DNA of 63,239 bases, the filler included, from Reticulomyxa filosa (taxonomy: Eukaryota > Protista > Foraminifera): NCBI GenBank assembly GCA_000512085.1. It is 16 parts of 16 records of this genome, joined end to end, with 100 filler letters (N's around TTAATTAATTAA, not from the genome) between each part and the next. Parts side by side here need not be neighbours in the genome. Positions count along the whole stretch, not along the records: positions 34,280 to 39,840 come from ASPP01020841.1; positions 39,941 to 48,551 come from ASPP01006132.1; positions 48,652 to 51,440 come from ASPP01026951.1; positions 51,541 to 54,689 come from ASPP01004777.1; 12 more parts are not named here. The stretch is one strand, 5' to 3'. Below, piece by piece: positions 39,187-52,323 of the stretch. Below the pieces are notes generated by a model. It saw only the letters and a program-made list of their open reading frames with translations, had not been told where the DNA came from and did not search any database. The position numbers were made by a program, and so were the translations under genes. Within the stretch, counting starts at the first letter, position 1. Every line of letters begins with the position of its first letter.

Positions 39187-39840
39187 TTAAATAGCAGTAG
39201 CCTTAATAAAGGACTTATTTTTTTCGACAACATGTTGAAGCCATCTCTTCCACAATGTTTCTTGATATAAAGTGTTAAAGTTCCCAACCACAACTAAACC
39301 AGATTTGGCTCTGGTCAACAAAACATTAAGCCGTGATTTGTCTTTCAGGAATCCAATTGTTTGCTTTTGATTGCAGCGAACAGCACTGAATATGACAATA
39401 TCACTTTCGTTTCCTTGAAACCCATCAACAGTATTGACATCAATGAGCCGGCCTAGCTGTTGATTCGTGCGGCCTAATTTTTGTTGAATAACATATTTTT
39501 GGGCACGATAAGGCGTAATAATAGTAATATTATATTGCCGATCAAACTTTTGCACAATTTTAACAATCAGATCTGCTTCTTGTTCATTTTGCAAACTCAT
39601 GTTTTCCATTCGAGTTTCTTGTGAATCCTCCAAATCCACAAAACACAGAGGGTAGCTCTGAACGGGCCACGGAAAGCCTTTCGGGATGGTGCGCTGCACT
39701 GAGGCACTTTTCAATCGTCCATCATAAAACTCGATTGACGAGAATTCACTTAACGATGGATGCATACGATATTGAGTATCTAAAAACGCGACATCTCTGC
39801 CGTTTTTGACTAGGCGTTCAAACAACGAGACTTGTAATCC
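39187..39840 (-). CDS. SF1 (Upf1/DNA2/NAM7-like) helicase, C-terminal domain
   Basis: LDTQYRMHP, ITPYRAQ, TVDGFQGNE, RLNVLLTRAK. Confidence 0.92.
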   Translation of the reverse strand, partial: GLQVSLFERLVKNGRDVAFLDTQYRMHPSLSEFSSIEFYDGRLKSASVQRTIPKGFPWPVQSYPLCFVDLEDSQETRMENMSLQNEQEADLIVKIVQKFDRQYNITIITPYRAQKYVIQQKLGRTNQQLGRLIDVNTVDGFQGNESDIVIFSAVRCNQKQTIGFLKDKSRLNVLLTRAKSGLVVVGNFNTLYQETLWKRWLQHVVEKNKSFIKATAI

Positions 39841-39940
39841 NNNNNNNNNNNNNNNNNNNNNNNNNNNNNNNNNNNNNNNNNNNNTTAATTAATTAANNNN
39901 NNNNNNNNNNNNNNNNNNNNNNNNNNNNNNNNNNNNNNNN

Positions 39941-40404
39941 CATGGGTGTCATTTATTCACGATGAAAAAACACACAAAGAATTATTTTCATGGAATGCAA
40001 AAGTAGAGAGTGAAGATGAATGTACACAAATGCTATTGTTAACATGGGTGAAATATGATGAATTCATCAACCAGACTCTTGAAATCAGTTCAATATGGAA
40101 TTATCGCATTGATTTAAATCTCATTTATGTTGCTCTTTATTATTATTGTAAACGAGATATCGATAAAACATATTCACTGCTGTTTGAATTTGAAGAATGG
40201 AAGTCGAAAGATAACAATGAACAAAAATACAAAGAAAGAAACAACGAGTTTATAGAAAAACGCTGTTACAATGATCATGTGAATTTATTTTGTATTTTTT
40301 GCTCTGAAAAGAACCTTACAGGCCGTAGTGATATTGAAGATTCAGTGATAAATACAGTAAACAATGGATTACCATTTGTTGAAAAAGACAAAAATATGTG
40401 GTAA
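39941..40404 (+). CDS. Hypothetical protein, 3' part
   Basis: 152-aa open frame with protein-like composition; no recognised domain. Confidence 0.6.
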
Positions 40405-41085
40405 ATTGTTCGGTCTATGAAAACAATTTTAATTGGTTTGGCGATCTACATAAACGTAAAATAAATTTTTTTTACAGTGGGAAAATAACGCAAACGGACA
40501 ATTTAAAGTCGACAGCCACAGAAGAAAGATATAAATTCGGTTTATGCAAACCAGCCAGAGTGCTTTAGGTTATTTAATGACGACAACCCCAATGCATTAT
40601 TTATTGTAAAAACAAAGACATCTTTTGTCTCACCAATAAATAAGAAAAAGGGAATTTGATAAAGTAGATATAGAATTGAATGAAAGGATGAAAAGTAAAA
40701 AAATAAGAGAAAAAAAATTTAATAACAAAAGGTTACAAAAAAACATAAATGGACAATTTGCAATAGATAAAGTTTTTGTTTTTATATTGCTCAAGGTCGA
40801 GAGTTAGTGCAGATCGAATATGCACAAAAGCTTTTTTGAGTATATCAGATAAATCAAATGAATTACTTTTGTTTGCGGTAACAGTTGCAATGATAACAAA
40901 TTCAAATGAACTTTGTGAATCTCATAAAAGGATAAAATTGAGGAGATCCACAAAAGCTTAAAATTTAATTTTTGACAAGTGCAGTGGTGGAATGAATATT
41001 GAAACAGAAGTCACGTTATCATCTTTGGTAAAACTTTTCTCACATATTTTTTTATCTTTTTGTTTGTCATTGTAACCAAACAAAC

Positions 41086-42147
41086 AATGGTCAAAGAAAG
41101 TGACAACAATAATTGAAAATTGGTGCCGAATTTTGGATATTGGATCAGGATGGATACACGATTTTAATAAAATTGTTGTCAAATATGTTAAATTACTTGT
41201 TTTGTTGAAATGTTATTAATTGATCATTATAAATATATATATGTATATGTATATCCAAAATAGGCTAAATCTTTTAAATTGTTAAAAGTTTTACGTGGAC
41301 ATGCAAATACAGTAAACAGCGTAAGATTTTCACCAGATGGTCTCAAAGTTATTTCTTCATCAAATGATAAAACAATAAGAATATGGGATGTTTCATCTGG
41401 AGAACAACTTCACATTTTGGAAGGACATTCTAATTCTTCTGTCGCTGCAGAATTTTCCCCCGACGGATGTTCTGTTGTATCGTGTTCAGATGACAAAACA
41501 ATTCGAATATGGGATGTTGCGTCTGGAAAGGAAATATTAATATTTGAAGGACATTTGGACTCAATATGGGATGTAAATTTTTCATCAGATGGTAAATATA
41601 TTGTATCATGTTCAATCGATAAAACAATAAGATTATGGGATATCAATTCTGGAAAAGAGATTCGACAAATGACAGGTCATTATAATTGCATGAGAAATAT
41701 TCATTTTTCACCGAATTGTCAAATGATTGTGTCATCTTCTGATGATAAAACCATTGGATTATGGGATGTAGCAACTGGTAAAAGATTAAACCAATTTATC
41801 GGACACTCCGATTGTGTCGCAAGTGCAAGATTTTCTCCAAATGGTCAGTTTATTGTTTCCAGTTCATGGGACAGATCCATTCGAATATGGGATGTAGAAT
41901 CAGGAAAAGAAATGAAGAAATTTAACGATAATCCAAAATGTATAAATGACGCGAAATATTTTCCAGATGGTCAAATTATAGTGTCTTGCTTAGATGATAA
42001 TATAGTTTATTTATGGGACGTGAGATCAGAAAAGGAAATCAAAAATTGATAGGGCATTCTGGTGCGGTATTGGCAGTAGATGTTTCACACAATGGTGATA
42101 CAATTGCATCATGTTCTTATGACAAAACAATTCGAATTTGGGGATAA
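41086..42147 (+). CDS. WD40-repeat protein (7 repeats) with a conserved N-terminal module; frameshift at ~42045
   Basis: [19 protein letters not shown] repeats; upstream exon [26 protein letters not shown]. Adding one A restores the last repeat, ending IRIWG*. Start uncertain. Confidence 0.88.
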
Positions 42148-42575
42148 TGTCCATTTATACAAAGCAAAAAAAAAAATTGTCTGCATTTGTGCTATCATAA
42201 TCTTCTTTTCACAGATAATACATATTACAACATTAGTTTGACAACCATAGTCAAATAATATTGATCTACTAGACCAAATATTTTGCTTGTTAATGAAAAC
42301 ACTGTTTTGGAATTTTCATACAACCAGTTTAAAACAAACTGAAATATGTGAAACTTGTTTGAATAAAATTATTACCATAGGTTGACCCAAAATAATCCAT
42401 TGTCTTTTCAAACCATTGCTAACAATCATTTGCAAAAAATGATTTAAGATACATTATGTCATTTATTTTCCAAATGCAAATAAGTTTTATCAACACTAGA
42501 CCAGGCAGTCAAAAAGTTGGCGCGGTCTTGAACAGGGAGAAGGAAAAGGCGAATTTTTTTTTTTGAAGTATTAAT

Positions 42576-43548
42576 ATGACAACCATAAGGGATAACGAAA
42601 CAAGAGAAGAATCTTCTGGCGATGACGGCCAAAAGGTAGATGTTGAAGCCGAAAAGGATGCCGGAATAGAGGTAAAAGTGGTGAATGAAAAAATGAGAAA
42701 CTCGGTTGCGCCCGATCCAAAAGAGAAACTAGAACAACAGTACATACGCGAATTGCAAGCGAAAACCTGTTGTTTTTGCTTTGATCTCAAAACTGGTGTG
42801 CTTTTTGTTTTGTTTTATTCTGAGTGTTGTTTTGTATTCTGTCACTTTGGGCACATTGAAAAAGAAAGACAGAGCTTTTGAAATAAAAAAACAACACATG
42901 CACACACAAAAAAAAAAGGCATTATGGTGCTAGCGGGGTTCATCATTTTGTGGAGTCTATTAACTGCAATATTTTTTGTAAACGATCCATTCCTTTGGGT
43001 ATCTTTTATAAGTTTTGTGTAGCAAACAATTTGAATTTTTTTTCTTCTTTAAAAAACAAACCTCAAAAAATGCGACACAAAACTCAATTTTGTCTAACCC
43101 CTTTTTAATACATATGTACATGTATATGTATATATGTATGTATATACTCATATATAAATTTAGTAATAACGGGTTCTGCATTTTGTGGTTTTTACGGCGG
43201 CTATAAATATCATATCGAATTTGTTCGAATATTCTTGCTGTTGTTAGTTTGGAATGTCATTTCTGAAATCGTGTCCGTTGTCTTTGCTGCTGCGCGCGCA
43301 AGTTTCCTCAGCATTATCGGATTTGTTCTGATTTTGCTATTGGACATGTATTTCCTTTGGGTTGTCTGGGAATTCATTCAAACAGTTAATACATTTTTTA
43401 AAAAGACAGTTGTTTTTATTAATATGTACATACGTACACATATACAAAGTTATGTGTATGTATAATTATTTGTATATTTGTTTTTTTAAAGCTGGCACGC
43501 GTTCGAGCGAGCAACAATTTACCGACGGGTTGGTTTAAATCGTGGTAA
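42576..43548 (+). CDS. Small multi-pass membrane protein (LAPTM-like CCFC..LKTG start)
   Basis: Spliced exons give CCFCFDLKTG|IMVLAGFIILW.. and further hydrophobic helices. Confidence 0.65.
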
Positions 43549-43951
43549 ACCAAACAGCTCTTTTTTTAATTTGTAAAGACAAATACTTTTTTTTTGTTTA
43601 TTTTTCCATTTTTTGTCACATTTGCAGAAACTTTTTTAAGCTTTTTTAAATTGCTTTTCTAGCGTTTCGGATTCATGTTCCAGAACAACTCCAAACTGTC
43701 AGGCTCAATTGCTTTGTTGAAAATGTTCTTAAACTAGAGTACTAAAACAATTTCATATCCACTTTAGGGATTTTAATTATGACAAAGCACAAATCTTTTT
43801 AAAAAGAGTGATGTTTTTGCTGACGTCAGTTGCTGTTTTGTTCGCTTTACTCGATTATTGCTGGGGTTTGACCAATATTGATCGATTATTTGTGACACTC
43901 AAAATTTTCAAATAAATTGATCAACTGACAAAAGAAAATAGTTGAAAACGA

Positions 43952-46156
43952 ATGGTGAGGATAAGTGTGGAATTATTGAGAAAGAGAGCAGAGCACAATG
44001 ACGGAATTTTGTCAACATTGGAGGAAATTACATTGCATCAACAGAACATTGAAAAAATTGAATTGATTCACAATTGTTGCAAAAACTTGAAAATTTTGTA
44101 TTTGCAAAACAATCTCATCTCCAAAATTGGTAATTCTTGTTTATGTTTATTTTGTCGGGCTATAACTTATATTTTATTTTTTAGTTTTTACTATTGTTTT
44201 TGTCTGATTGAATCCATGGCCACCGTCTTTCTATCTTCTTTCAACAAGTAAATACACCTCCTAATTCCACGTCCTTGTGCTTAAAAAAAACCCCTTTAAA
44301 TAAAAAATATATATAAACGAACACAGAAAATTTGACGAAACTGATAAGATTAGAATATTTAAACTTGGCACTAAATAACATTCAATGTATTCAAGGTCTT
44401 GGCTCGTGTGAAAACCTGAGAAAACTGGATTTAACAGTCAATTTTATTGACTTGGACGCATTTCAAGAATCGGTCGAGCATCTGAGACTTTGTCCAAATC
44501 TTGTTGAACTGTTGAGAAAATTGTTTATTTGCAATTATTTTGATTAACTATTTGTTATTTGTGTTATTTTATTTTTCTTCTTGAGAAACAAATACACTTA
44601 ATTTATTTTATCTATACTATATGTACGCATGCATGTATGTGTTGTGCAGTTATCTAACAGGCAATCCTTGCACAAATTTTGAAGGCTACAAGTACTTTAT
44701 TGCACATACACTGCCACAGCTACTTGTTACGTCATGCATACATTATTAAAAAATCAAAAAAAAAAAGAGGCACACTTTTTTTTTTTGCATGTCTCACAGC
44801 GGTTGGATGGAAATGAGATCACGAAAACTGATCGCATCATTGGACGACAAAAATACGATGAGATTGTCCAAGTTGATTTTATTTTTTTTATTTTTTGTTT
44901 TATGCATCATTGCTAAGCACATCAAGAGAAAACAAAATAATTGCACATATATGCAAGATCAACTCCAAAAAAAAAAAGAGCAATAGCTTAAAATGTTAAA
45001 ATTTGTTAATGGACATACATTTTGCTCTTGCACTTTTTTTAAAAAATTTGTGCAAGACCTTGGCAATTAAAGCTCAAGAAACTAAGCAACTTAAACAAAG
45101 TCGAAGTGACAGAATCAAAAGTGGAAAAGAAAAAATTGAGTTAAGTTGAAATTATCAACGATGAAGATAGTGTATAAATACACAAAAAAAACGAAATCTG
45201 GAATATAGTGCGTGTTCGCATTGCCCTGAAGCCCGTATACAAAGTTACAATGAAGAAAAAGAACGTCAGCTGCAAGATGAAAAAGAAAAACTGATGGACA
45301 AACGGCCTCCAGACGCTATCAAAGAAGCCAAAAAAAAAGTACATTGGTATTTTCAAAAAAAAAAAGACGTCGTAGTAGCTAATTCCATGAATCTTTTTTT
45401 CCTTTAAAAAATAACTACAGTTAAACCAAAAGGACTCAGAAGGTGTCAACGGAGAAGTACCAAAGCAAAGAAACATAGCCCGATTGCAATTTTTGATTGA
45501 AGAAGTTTATTAAGCATTCATTTATTTTTTGTTGATTGTTTCATTTTATTGTTATATATATTCCAAGAATTTTTTTTATTTTTTAAGAAGGAGATTCATA
45601 AAAATATCGAACTTAACCAAAAGTGAGTAACAAGTAAAACACAAAAAATAAAAATAAAAAAAGAAAGAAAGTGAGGAAAATATCCGGGTTGTGATTGAAG
45701 CTCCGCGTTATCTTGACACAAGTCAAATTGATGTGGATATACATCCGCTGTGGTTTCAAGTTGTTATTAAAGGAGATTTGCTTTTATTGCATTTACCAAA
45801 AGAAGTTAACAAGGATTTAAGATATTTTATAGACAAGTTCTAAAAAAAATAAAAAATTCTTGGGTGCCAGCGTAAGCAAGTGTTTGGTCATATCACAGGT
45901 CAAACTAAGTGAAAGTCGTGTGCGCAGAGTTATGTCAACAGGATGGTTGGAGTTGATTTTACCTAAATTGCATTTCAATCCAACTAACCAAGCAAGATTA
46001 TCTACAAAACGGGAGTGCCCAGAAAATGGAGGAACTGAAAAAAATCTAAAAACAGATCATTTACAAAAAGAATACGCTTCTGAACAAGAAAACGAACGTT
46101 CGAAACTATGTGTTCTTGATAACATTGATGAAACTGATGTACCTCCATTAGAGTGA
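43952..46156 (+). CDS. DNAAF11: Dynein axonemal assembly factor 11 (LRRC6)
   Basis: MVRISVELLRKRAEHNDGILSTLEEITLHQQNIEKIE, LYLQNNLI, LNLALNNI, LDLTVNFI, YLTGNPC; CS-like domain PRYLDTSQIDVDIHP. Confidence 0.92.
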
Positions 46157-47560
46157 TCTAATAACATATACAACCTTTAATAAATCTGTAGGAGAAGCTC
46201 CTACTATATAGACAGAATTGTTAAAAGGGCTGATGAGCTCCCGATGGGTTAAACTTTCACTCACAAGTGTTTTCTTTTCTTGTTTTAATCTGGTGTTTCT
46301 GTGTACTCATTTACATACATTTGTTTTCCTTTTCTTTATTTAATCTTTTTCGTTGATACTTGCTCAAAAGAGCTAATTAACATTTCGTATTGCATTTAGT
46401 GTAATATTTCATCGGCAGCATACTCCCACAAATCTAAAATTTGTTTCACCTTATTTTAATTTTTTCGTTACTCTAAATTTAGTTTATAAATATGTCAAAG
46501 AGTTATTTGAAATTATTCGTTTATTGACTCAAAACACTTAAATATTGTAACAATATGTAGTTAGTATACGGTGTCATAATTAAAAAATCAATGTTTGTCA
46601 AATGTATTGTCATGATTTGAGTTTTTTTTGGCCAAAAGGTTACGCGTGCAGGTAAGATGTTCTAAAATCAATTATGACAGTTTTTTTGCAATCTATGTAC
46701 AATAGTGTGTACACTGATGTTGGAAGCTTTTAAAATTAGCAAATATAAAAAATTCATTGAAAATTATTTTTAAAATTGTTTAATTGTCCAATTGCAATAA
46801 TGCGGTCATAGTATACATTTATTCTACATTATTTAATTATCAAACGCATTATAATCAATATTATTACAAATAATATCAATGCACTTCAGCTATCTGATAT
46901 GAATATGCAATTTCTCCAATTCGAAATATTAAATTATATTTTAAATACATTATCAGCACAATTTGCTGCTAGCTGTTAATACATTATGAAATTTATAATT
47001 TTTTTGTATCAAAATATTTATCATTATCAGTTAAATCAGGCTAGAATAAGTTTTTTCGAAGACACTGAAGTATATTGTTATCACAAACATTTATAATAAA
47101 TTAAGATTTTTTATATCGATATCATTTAATTTTTTTGATAGTGTGACTAATTTACGCAATAAACTATTTTTATTCGGCAGCAAACAAAATACCAAACTAG
47201 CCATCACAATTAAGTAGTTTTTGCTCTTTACCAATACTCAAACAATATCTACTAATTAACATATTAAACGACTATTAATCAGGCTAGATTGAAATCACAA
47301 AATTATATTTTATGTCGTACTAAATACCAAAAGTTTTTTCTACTGTTTCGTTGTTAGCTTTTACGTGTGCTGTGTCATTTTAGGATAAACTTGGACGTAA
47401 TGCCATTTTTCTTGTATTTAAAAAGAAAGCGACTATTGCAAGTCTATGCGTCGTACCGTTTGTTCCCTGTTTCCTTTTTTATTAAAAAAAAAGGCTGTCA
47501 TTTTGATAATAATCTTTCCAAATTATCAAGAAAAAAAGGAAAATAATAAACAAATAAAAA

Positions 47561-48551
47561 ATGAGTTCCGATAACGGATTGCCTCGTTATGGCGTGTGGG
47601 ATAAAAACTTTTCGATAGATGATGACATGGACATGGGCGGCTTGTCAAACCAAGGAGGGAGAAGCGAGTCTCCCCCACCCGTGATGATTCCACGTTCACC
47701 ACGTCCCCCGCCCCCGCAGGCGCCAACATTATTGACCGGCGAAAACCTGATGGACGCCCCCATGCCAAAGGTGGTGGAAGGCGCAGCAGCAGTGCGACAC
47801 TATCAAGTGGGATTCGGTCACCACATTATCCCCAACTCGAAGAATTCACCCACGGCATCGACGTCAGCATCATCAGCGTCGAGGCAGCAAAGGAAGACAC
47901 ACGGCAAAAAATCGAGAAGCATGTCATCCATTATCGACACATTACACGTGCCACCTCGATCTCGAGACCAAGATCGAGATCAAGCTCAATCTCAATCTCA
48001 ATCTCAATCTCAATCTCAAGCTCAAGAGCAGCCTAAAAAAATGCGCATTGGAATAGAAAAAGACGAAGTTTCACAATTTGAAGAAATGAACCAACTGTTT
48101 GCTTTTTTGATGAAGCATACCCCTTCTTCAACCTCTGCTACACATACAGGCGCACGTGCGGGTCCGCATGCACGTGCGCGCACGTATGCATCCGCACATG
48201 CGGACAAAGTGCTTACGACAGACGATAGCGATCAAACCGTTTCCACTTGGAATCCAATGGAACAGCAATCGCCTGAAAAGCTGCTCTCCGAAATTGAAAG
48301 CATCTTGCAGAGTGAGGACATTGCGCCCATTGTTCGAGCCATTGAAAACATTCCCAATGAACAACTACCCTTTTCTATCTCGGCTTTGGATGATACCCAA
48401 ACTCAATTCCCTTCTTCTTCTGCTGCTTCTGCTTCTGCTTCTTCTTCTTCTTCTTCTTCTTCTTCGTCACAAATTGATTGCATTCTAAAAATTGGTAAAA
48501 TCTTCTTTCATTTTAACATACATCTCCCTTTTTTTTTTTTTTTTTTTTTTT
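47561..48551 (+). CDS. Hypothetical low-complexity protein, 5' exon (Pro-rich, SQ repeats, poly-S)
   Basis: About 310 aa of GC-richer open frame up to a probable donor at ~48495. Confidence 0.65.
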
Positions 48552-48651
48552 NNNNNNNNNNNNNNNNNNNNNNNNNNNNNNNNNNNNNNNNNNNNTTAAT
48601 TAATTAANNNNNNNNNNNNNNNNNNNNNNNNNNNNNNNNNNNNNNNNNNNN

Positions 48652-50358
48652 CGGCTGCCATAGTTTATTTCCGCTTTGCTAACACGTTTGGAATCTCGTA
48701 ATATTTGATTTTTGTTTACATATGCTACATAGATTGGACAGTCGTCACCAAGGTCCATGTCAGTCCCCTCAAGCCACTTTGGGATTGTCCAATAATTTTC
48801 TAATGCAGCATTATTTAGAGGGAGGAGAGGTAGAATAAAAAGTTTAAGGTATATATTAGAAACAAAGAAAATGTTTTTATAGAACTGTGTCCCAAAATAA
48901 TATTCCAGTTGCAACGTTTATCTGTTTCGGTAACCCTGACTAGTCAATCCAAACATACATCAATCCATTGACATAAACACAAGGAAACAACTTCAGTCAA
49001 TAAAAAAACAAACAAAAAAAATGCCTTCAAGATCGTCATTATCGTGATCAGAATCAAATTCATTACTCCATTCGCCAATCACTGCGTTAATTTTGCAACA
49101 GGTTACAAAAGAATGGAACACTTGGTTCAGTATTGTGTAAATGGCGACATCACGTCCTTTTAAATTTGCGCGATTGAATTCACCTTCTTCAATCTTGTGT
49201 CCAGTGTAGCAATGAGAGAACACTACGCACACTAATCTGTTTCCAAACGTGTTGTACTTACTATACACATTTTCGGACAGCAGTCTTTTAATTTCTTCAA
49301 TGACTCGATAGTCATTTGCCATTGTAATGATCAAATCTATGACTACTTGAGGGAGATCTAGTTTAAACAGCCCGTTTACGCCTTGTAATAATGTTTCAGC
49401 CACCTTTGTTCAATTCAGTGAGTGTTATCAATTTGTTTTTAACTTTACAAAGTAAAAAAAAAAAAAATCATCAAAACTCGCTTGTCGTTCAAAGACATCA
49501 ATGATGTTTCAATTTTTGGCGCAACATTAAAGTATTTGAGGTCATCTTGGAACTCTGTCGGAATAATCAAATTGAAAGCAATCATAACGCGTCTTCCTTT
49601 GGTGACAGTTTTAATTTCGTAAGAAATGTCGGTGTAAAATGCCAGCCAATCCATTAGAAGTGCTCCATCACTTTTTTCTTCTTGGGATGGATTCCACTCA
49701 ACATTTTTGCCTTCAAATGACAGTATTAAACTCCCACCTTCGAATCCTTCTTCTGTTGGTAATGATAGCAGCAATGTCGCAAAGTGTCCCTTTTGACACT
49801 TTGTTTCCACATGATGCTTAAAAAAACATCCTTCACATCAGACAAAATTTTTTTAAATAACAATTATTAAAAAAAAATGTAAAGCACCCAACCTGATTCA
49901 TATACTAAAAACTTATAAGGCACTGCGGTAATGCATTCAATATGACCAGCTAACTCAAGTCGGATTTTTTCTAAGATCGGGTTATTGCGTGGGTTATGAA
50001 AAAAATTCTTCAGAACAAACTGTTTACTGTTTAGCTCGACTCCCGTGTGCACCTCTTTGTCAATATTAGCTTCTGTTCCATGCCCATAAGGACTATCCGT
50101 GCTTATCTCTATGATCTTGGATAAAGCTTTGCCATTTATGGGGAATGTCAATTGTCTTGCAATGCCTCTCAGAGAGGGAATCTTCACAATTGGGAATTCT
50201 ATATTTTTGTCATTCGTCTATTCTTTTACTCTAACGTTTATTATTTCTCGAGACTTTCTTTAACTCGCTTTGCCTCGGCAATGAAACGTGTCTGGAAAAC
50301 CACACATGAAGCTCTCAAAAGCATTAATAAATTCTGCATCTTCGAGTATATCTCCCAT
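48652..50358 (-). CDS. 2OG-Fe(II) oxygenase-like protein, multi-exon, 3' truncated
   Basis: SPYGHG, YKFLVYESG|CFFKHHVE, FATLLLSLP..FEGGSL, AFYTD.., VTKGRRV..FNL. Confidence 0.8.
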
Positions 50359-51037
50359 GTTCTTGTCTAAGTTCTTTTTTGTGAAAGAAATGTTGCTCTG
50401 AACGAAAGGAAAGTAAGAAAAGAGGCGCCCTAACAAAAAAAAAAAAATAATAATACAACTTCTGGGCATGTGGCCGAGCTATATCACTTTTGCCAAAAGA
50501 TTTTTACTGAAATCTTTTTAAAAAAGTTATAGAATAAAACTATTTGTACATTTAATAAAATGTATTTTTGAAATAATGCTTTTTAAAGTGTAAAAACAGT
50601 GCATACTTAAATTTTTTAATTTCTTTCAAAGAATTATATTTTAAAAAAAATTAAGAAAGCTCTAACTGTTCAATTTAAAACAAATGGATTATCAAAAAAA
50701 AACAAATTTTTATGCAGTCTGACTTTGGAAAACAGTTTGAAGTTCTTATAAATTTTTTTTGATTAGATATTTTTCGTTTTACCATTAAACAATTTCTTTC
50801 TTTCTTAGAACAACATTAATTTGGACTAATCACAAAACTGTGATATTGATTTGAGACCTTTTGTCAATCATCGATCAAGATTATCTGACCTGTACATTTT
50901 GTCTTTTTTCTTTTCCTTTTCTTTCGGACAACAAGGAAAACAGTTTCAATTAAGTGGTCCAGCAACAGCAACAATAAAACTGAAATAGAATAAATCATTT
51001 ACTGAGTAGAAGACCATGATATCATGGTTTAATCAAT

Positions 51038-51440
51038 ATTATGCAATTGAAATTGAAGCACAACAATCCAACTTATCTTCACAAGGACCTACAACATCAA
51101 CAGAAACAGTTTCGACAACGACGCGGATTTGATCTGATCCATTTCGGATCAGTGTCATGAGTCCTATGATCAAACACACATACATGCGCATGGAAACGAA
51201 GACAGACAAACAATATAAATACAAATACAAATACAAATACAAATACAAATACAAATACAAAATATAAAATATAAAATACAAAATACAAAATATAAAACAT
51301 ATAACAAATGATCATCATCCAATGGTAGAAGAAATGGAATGACAATTATCATCACAGAATGAACAACAATCAACAACGTTTTTGTCAATGACAAACTTGG
51401 AATGGAAAGGTGGCTCAACCCATTTGATAGAATGAAGTGA
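51038..51440 (-). CDS. Possible 3' end of an unidentified spliced gene
   Basis: Exon-like GLMTLIRNG..CCASISIA* after an intron with (TGTATT)n repeats. Confidence 0.3.
51218..51290. repeat. (AATACA)n microsatellite
   Basis: Visible tandem repeat. Confidence 0.9.
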
Positions 51441-51540
51441 NNNNNNNNNNNNNNNNNNNNNNNNNNNNNNNNNNNNNNNNNNNNTTAATTAATTAANNNN
51501 NNNNNNNNNNNNNNNNNNNNNNNNNNNNNNNNNNNNNNNN

Positions 51541-51586
51541 TTTTGTTTTGTTTTGTTTTGTTTTGTTTTGTTTTGTTTTGTTTTGC
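51541..51586. repeat. (TTTTG)n microsatellite at contig start
   Basis: Visible tandem repeat. Confidence 0.95.
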
Positions 51587-51599
51587 TTATTTGTGTATG

Positions 51600-51749
51600 T
51601 ATGTTTGTTTGTGATATCCTATCACTCACCACAAGGAGCTTTCCTTTCCGTTTTGTCTTTTGGGGGGAATTCAACACATATATAGCTGCCGCGCCAGCAG
51701 CCAACATTGTCACCAAGGACACATTCTTAATGTTAATTAGACTACCATT
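51600..51749 (-). CDS. Probable first exon of an N-terminally anchored protein
   Basis: MNGSLINIKNVSLVTMLAAGAAAIYVLNSPQKTKRK: hydrophobic stretch followed by a basic patch. Confidence 0.4.
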
Positions 51750-52323
51750 CATTTTATTCCTTTGGCAAGGCAAATCTATCAAGGCCTCTTCCAATTCAGA
51801 GAAAATAACCCCCTTTCGTCTGAAACATCTTACACCGTTGTTTTTTTTTTATTGAGCTAATATTCTTGCGATGACAACACAATTTTAGGCATATCTTTAT
51901 GTGAACCACATATTTAAAACTTATAGTAAGAATAATTTATTGCGACTTTATTTTTCAAATAGAATCGTCCAGCGGCATGCATAAAAGATTATTTCAAGCA
52001 GGCTTATTTCAAAATCCTTTTAAAACAACACTAATAAAAAAGAGATTTCAGCAGCACAGCCGGTAAATTAAGTTAGCTTTGCAGAAATAAATCTTTACAT
52101 TTGAATAGACATAATAACCAATTGTTTTGTTATTTATTTTGTTGTAAAAATCAAAAAGATTTTGCTTTCTTCTTAAATAAGACATTCTTTTTTGATTTTA
52201 AAGTTACGCAGGCATTTAAACAAAATAATCCTGAGAGATCAGTTCAACACCAAAAAAAAAAACGAGGTTTTAAAATTTGCTTTAAAAGCGCCTAAGATTG
52301 TTTTGTAAGTGAACTTTTCAAAT

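Noticed and set aside
46187-46260. Hammerhead-like CTGATGAG next to a GTAGGAG/CTCCTAC hairpin
   Set aside because: No GAAA core after stem II and no consistent three-way junction
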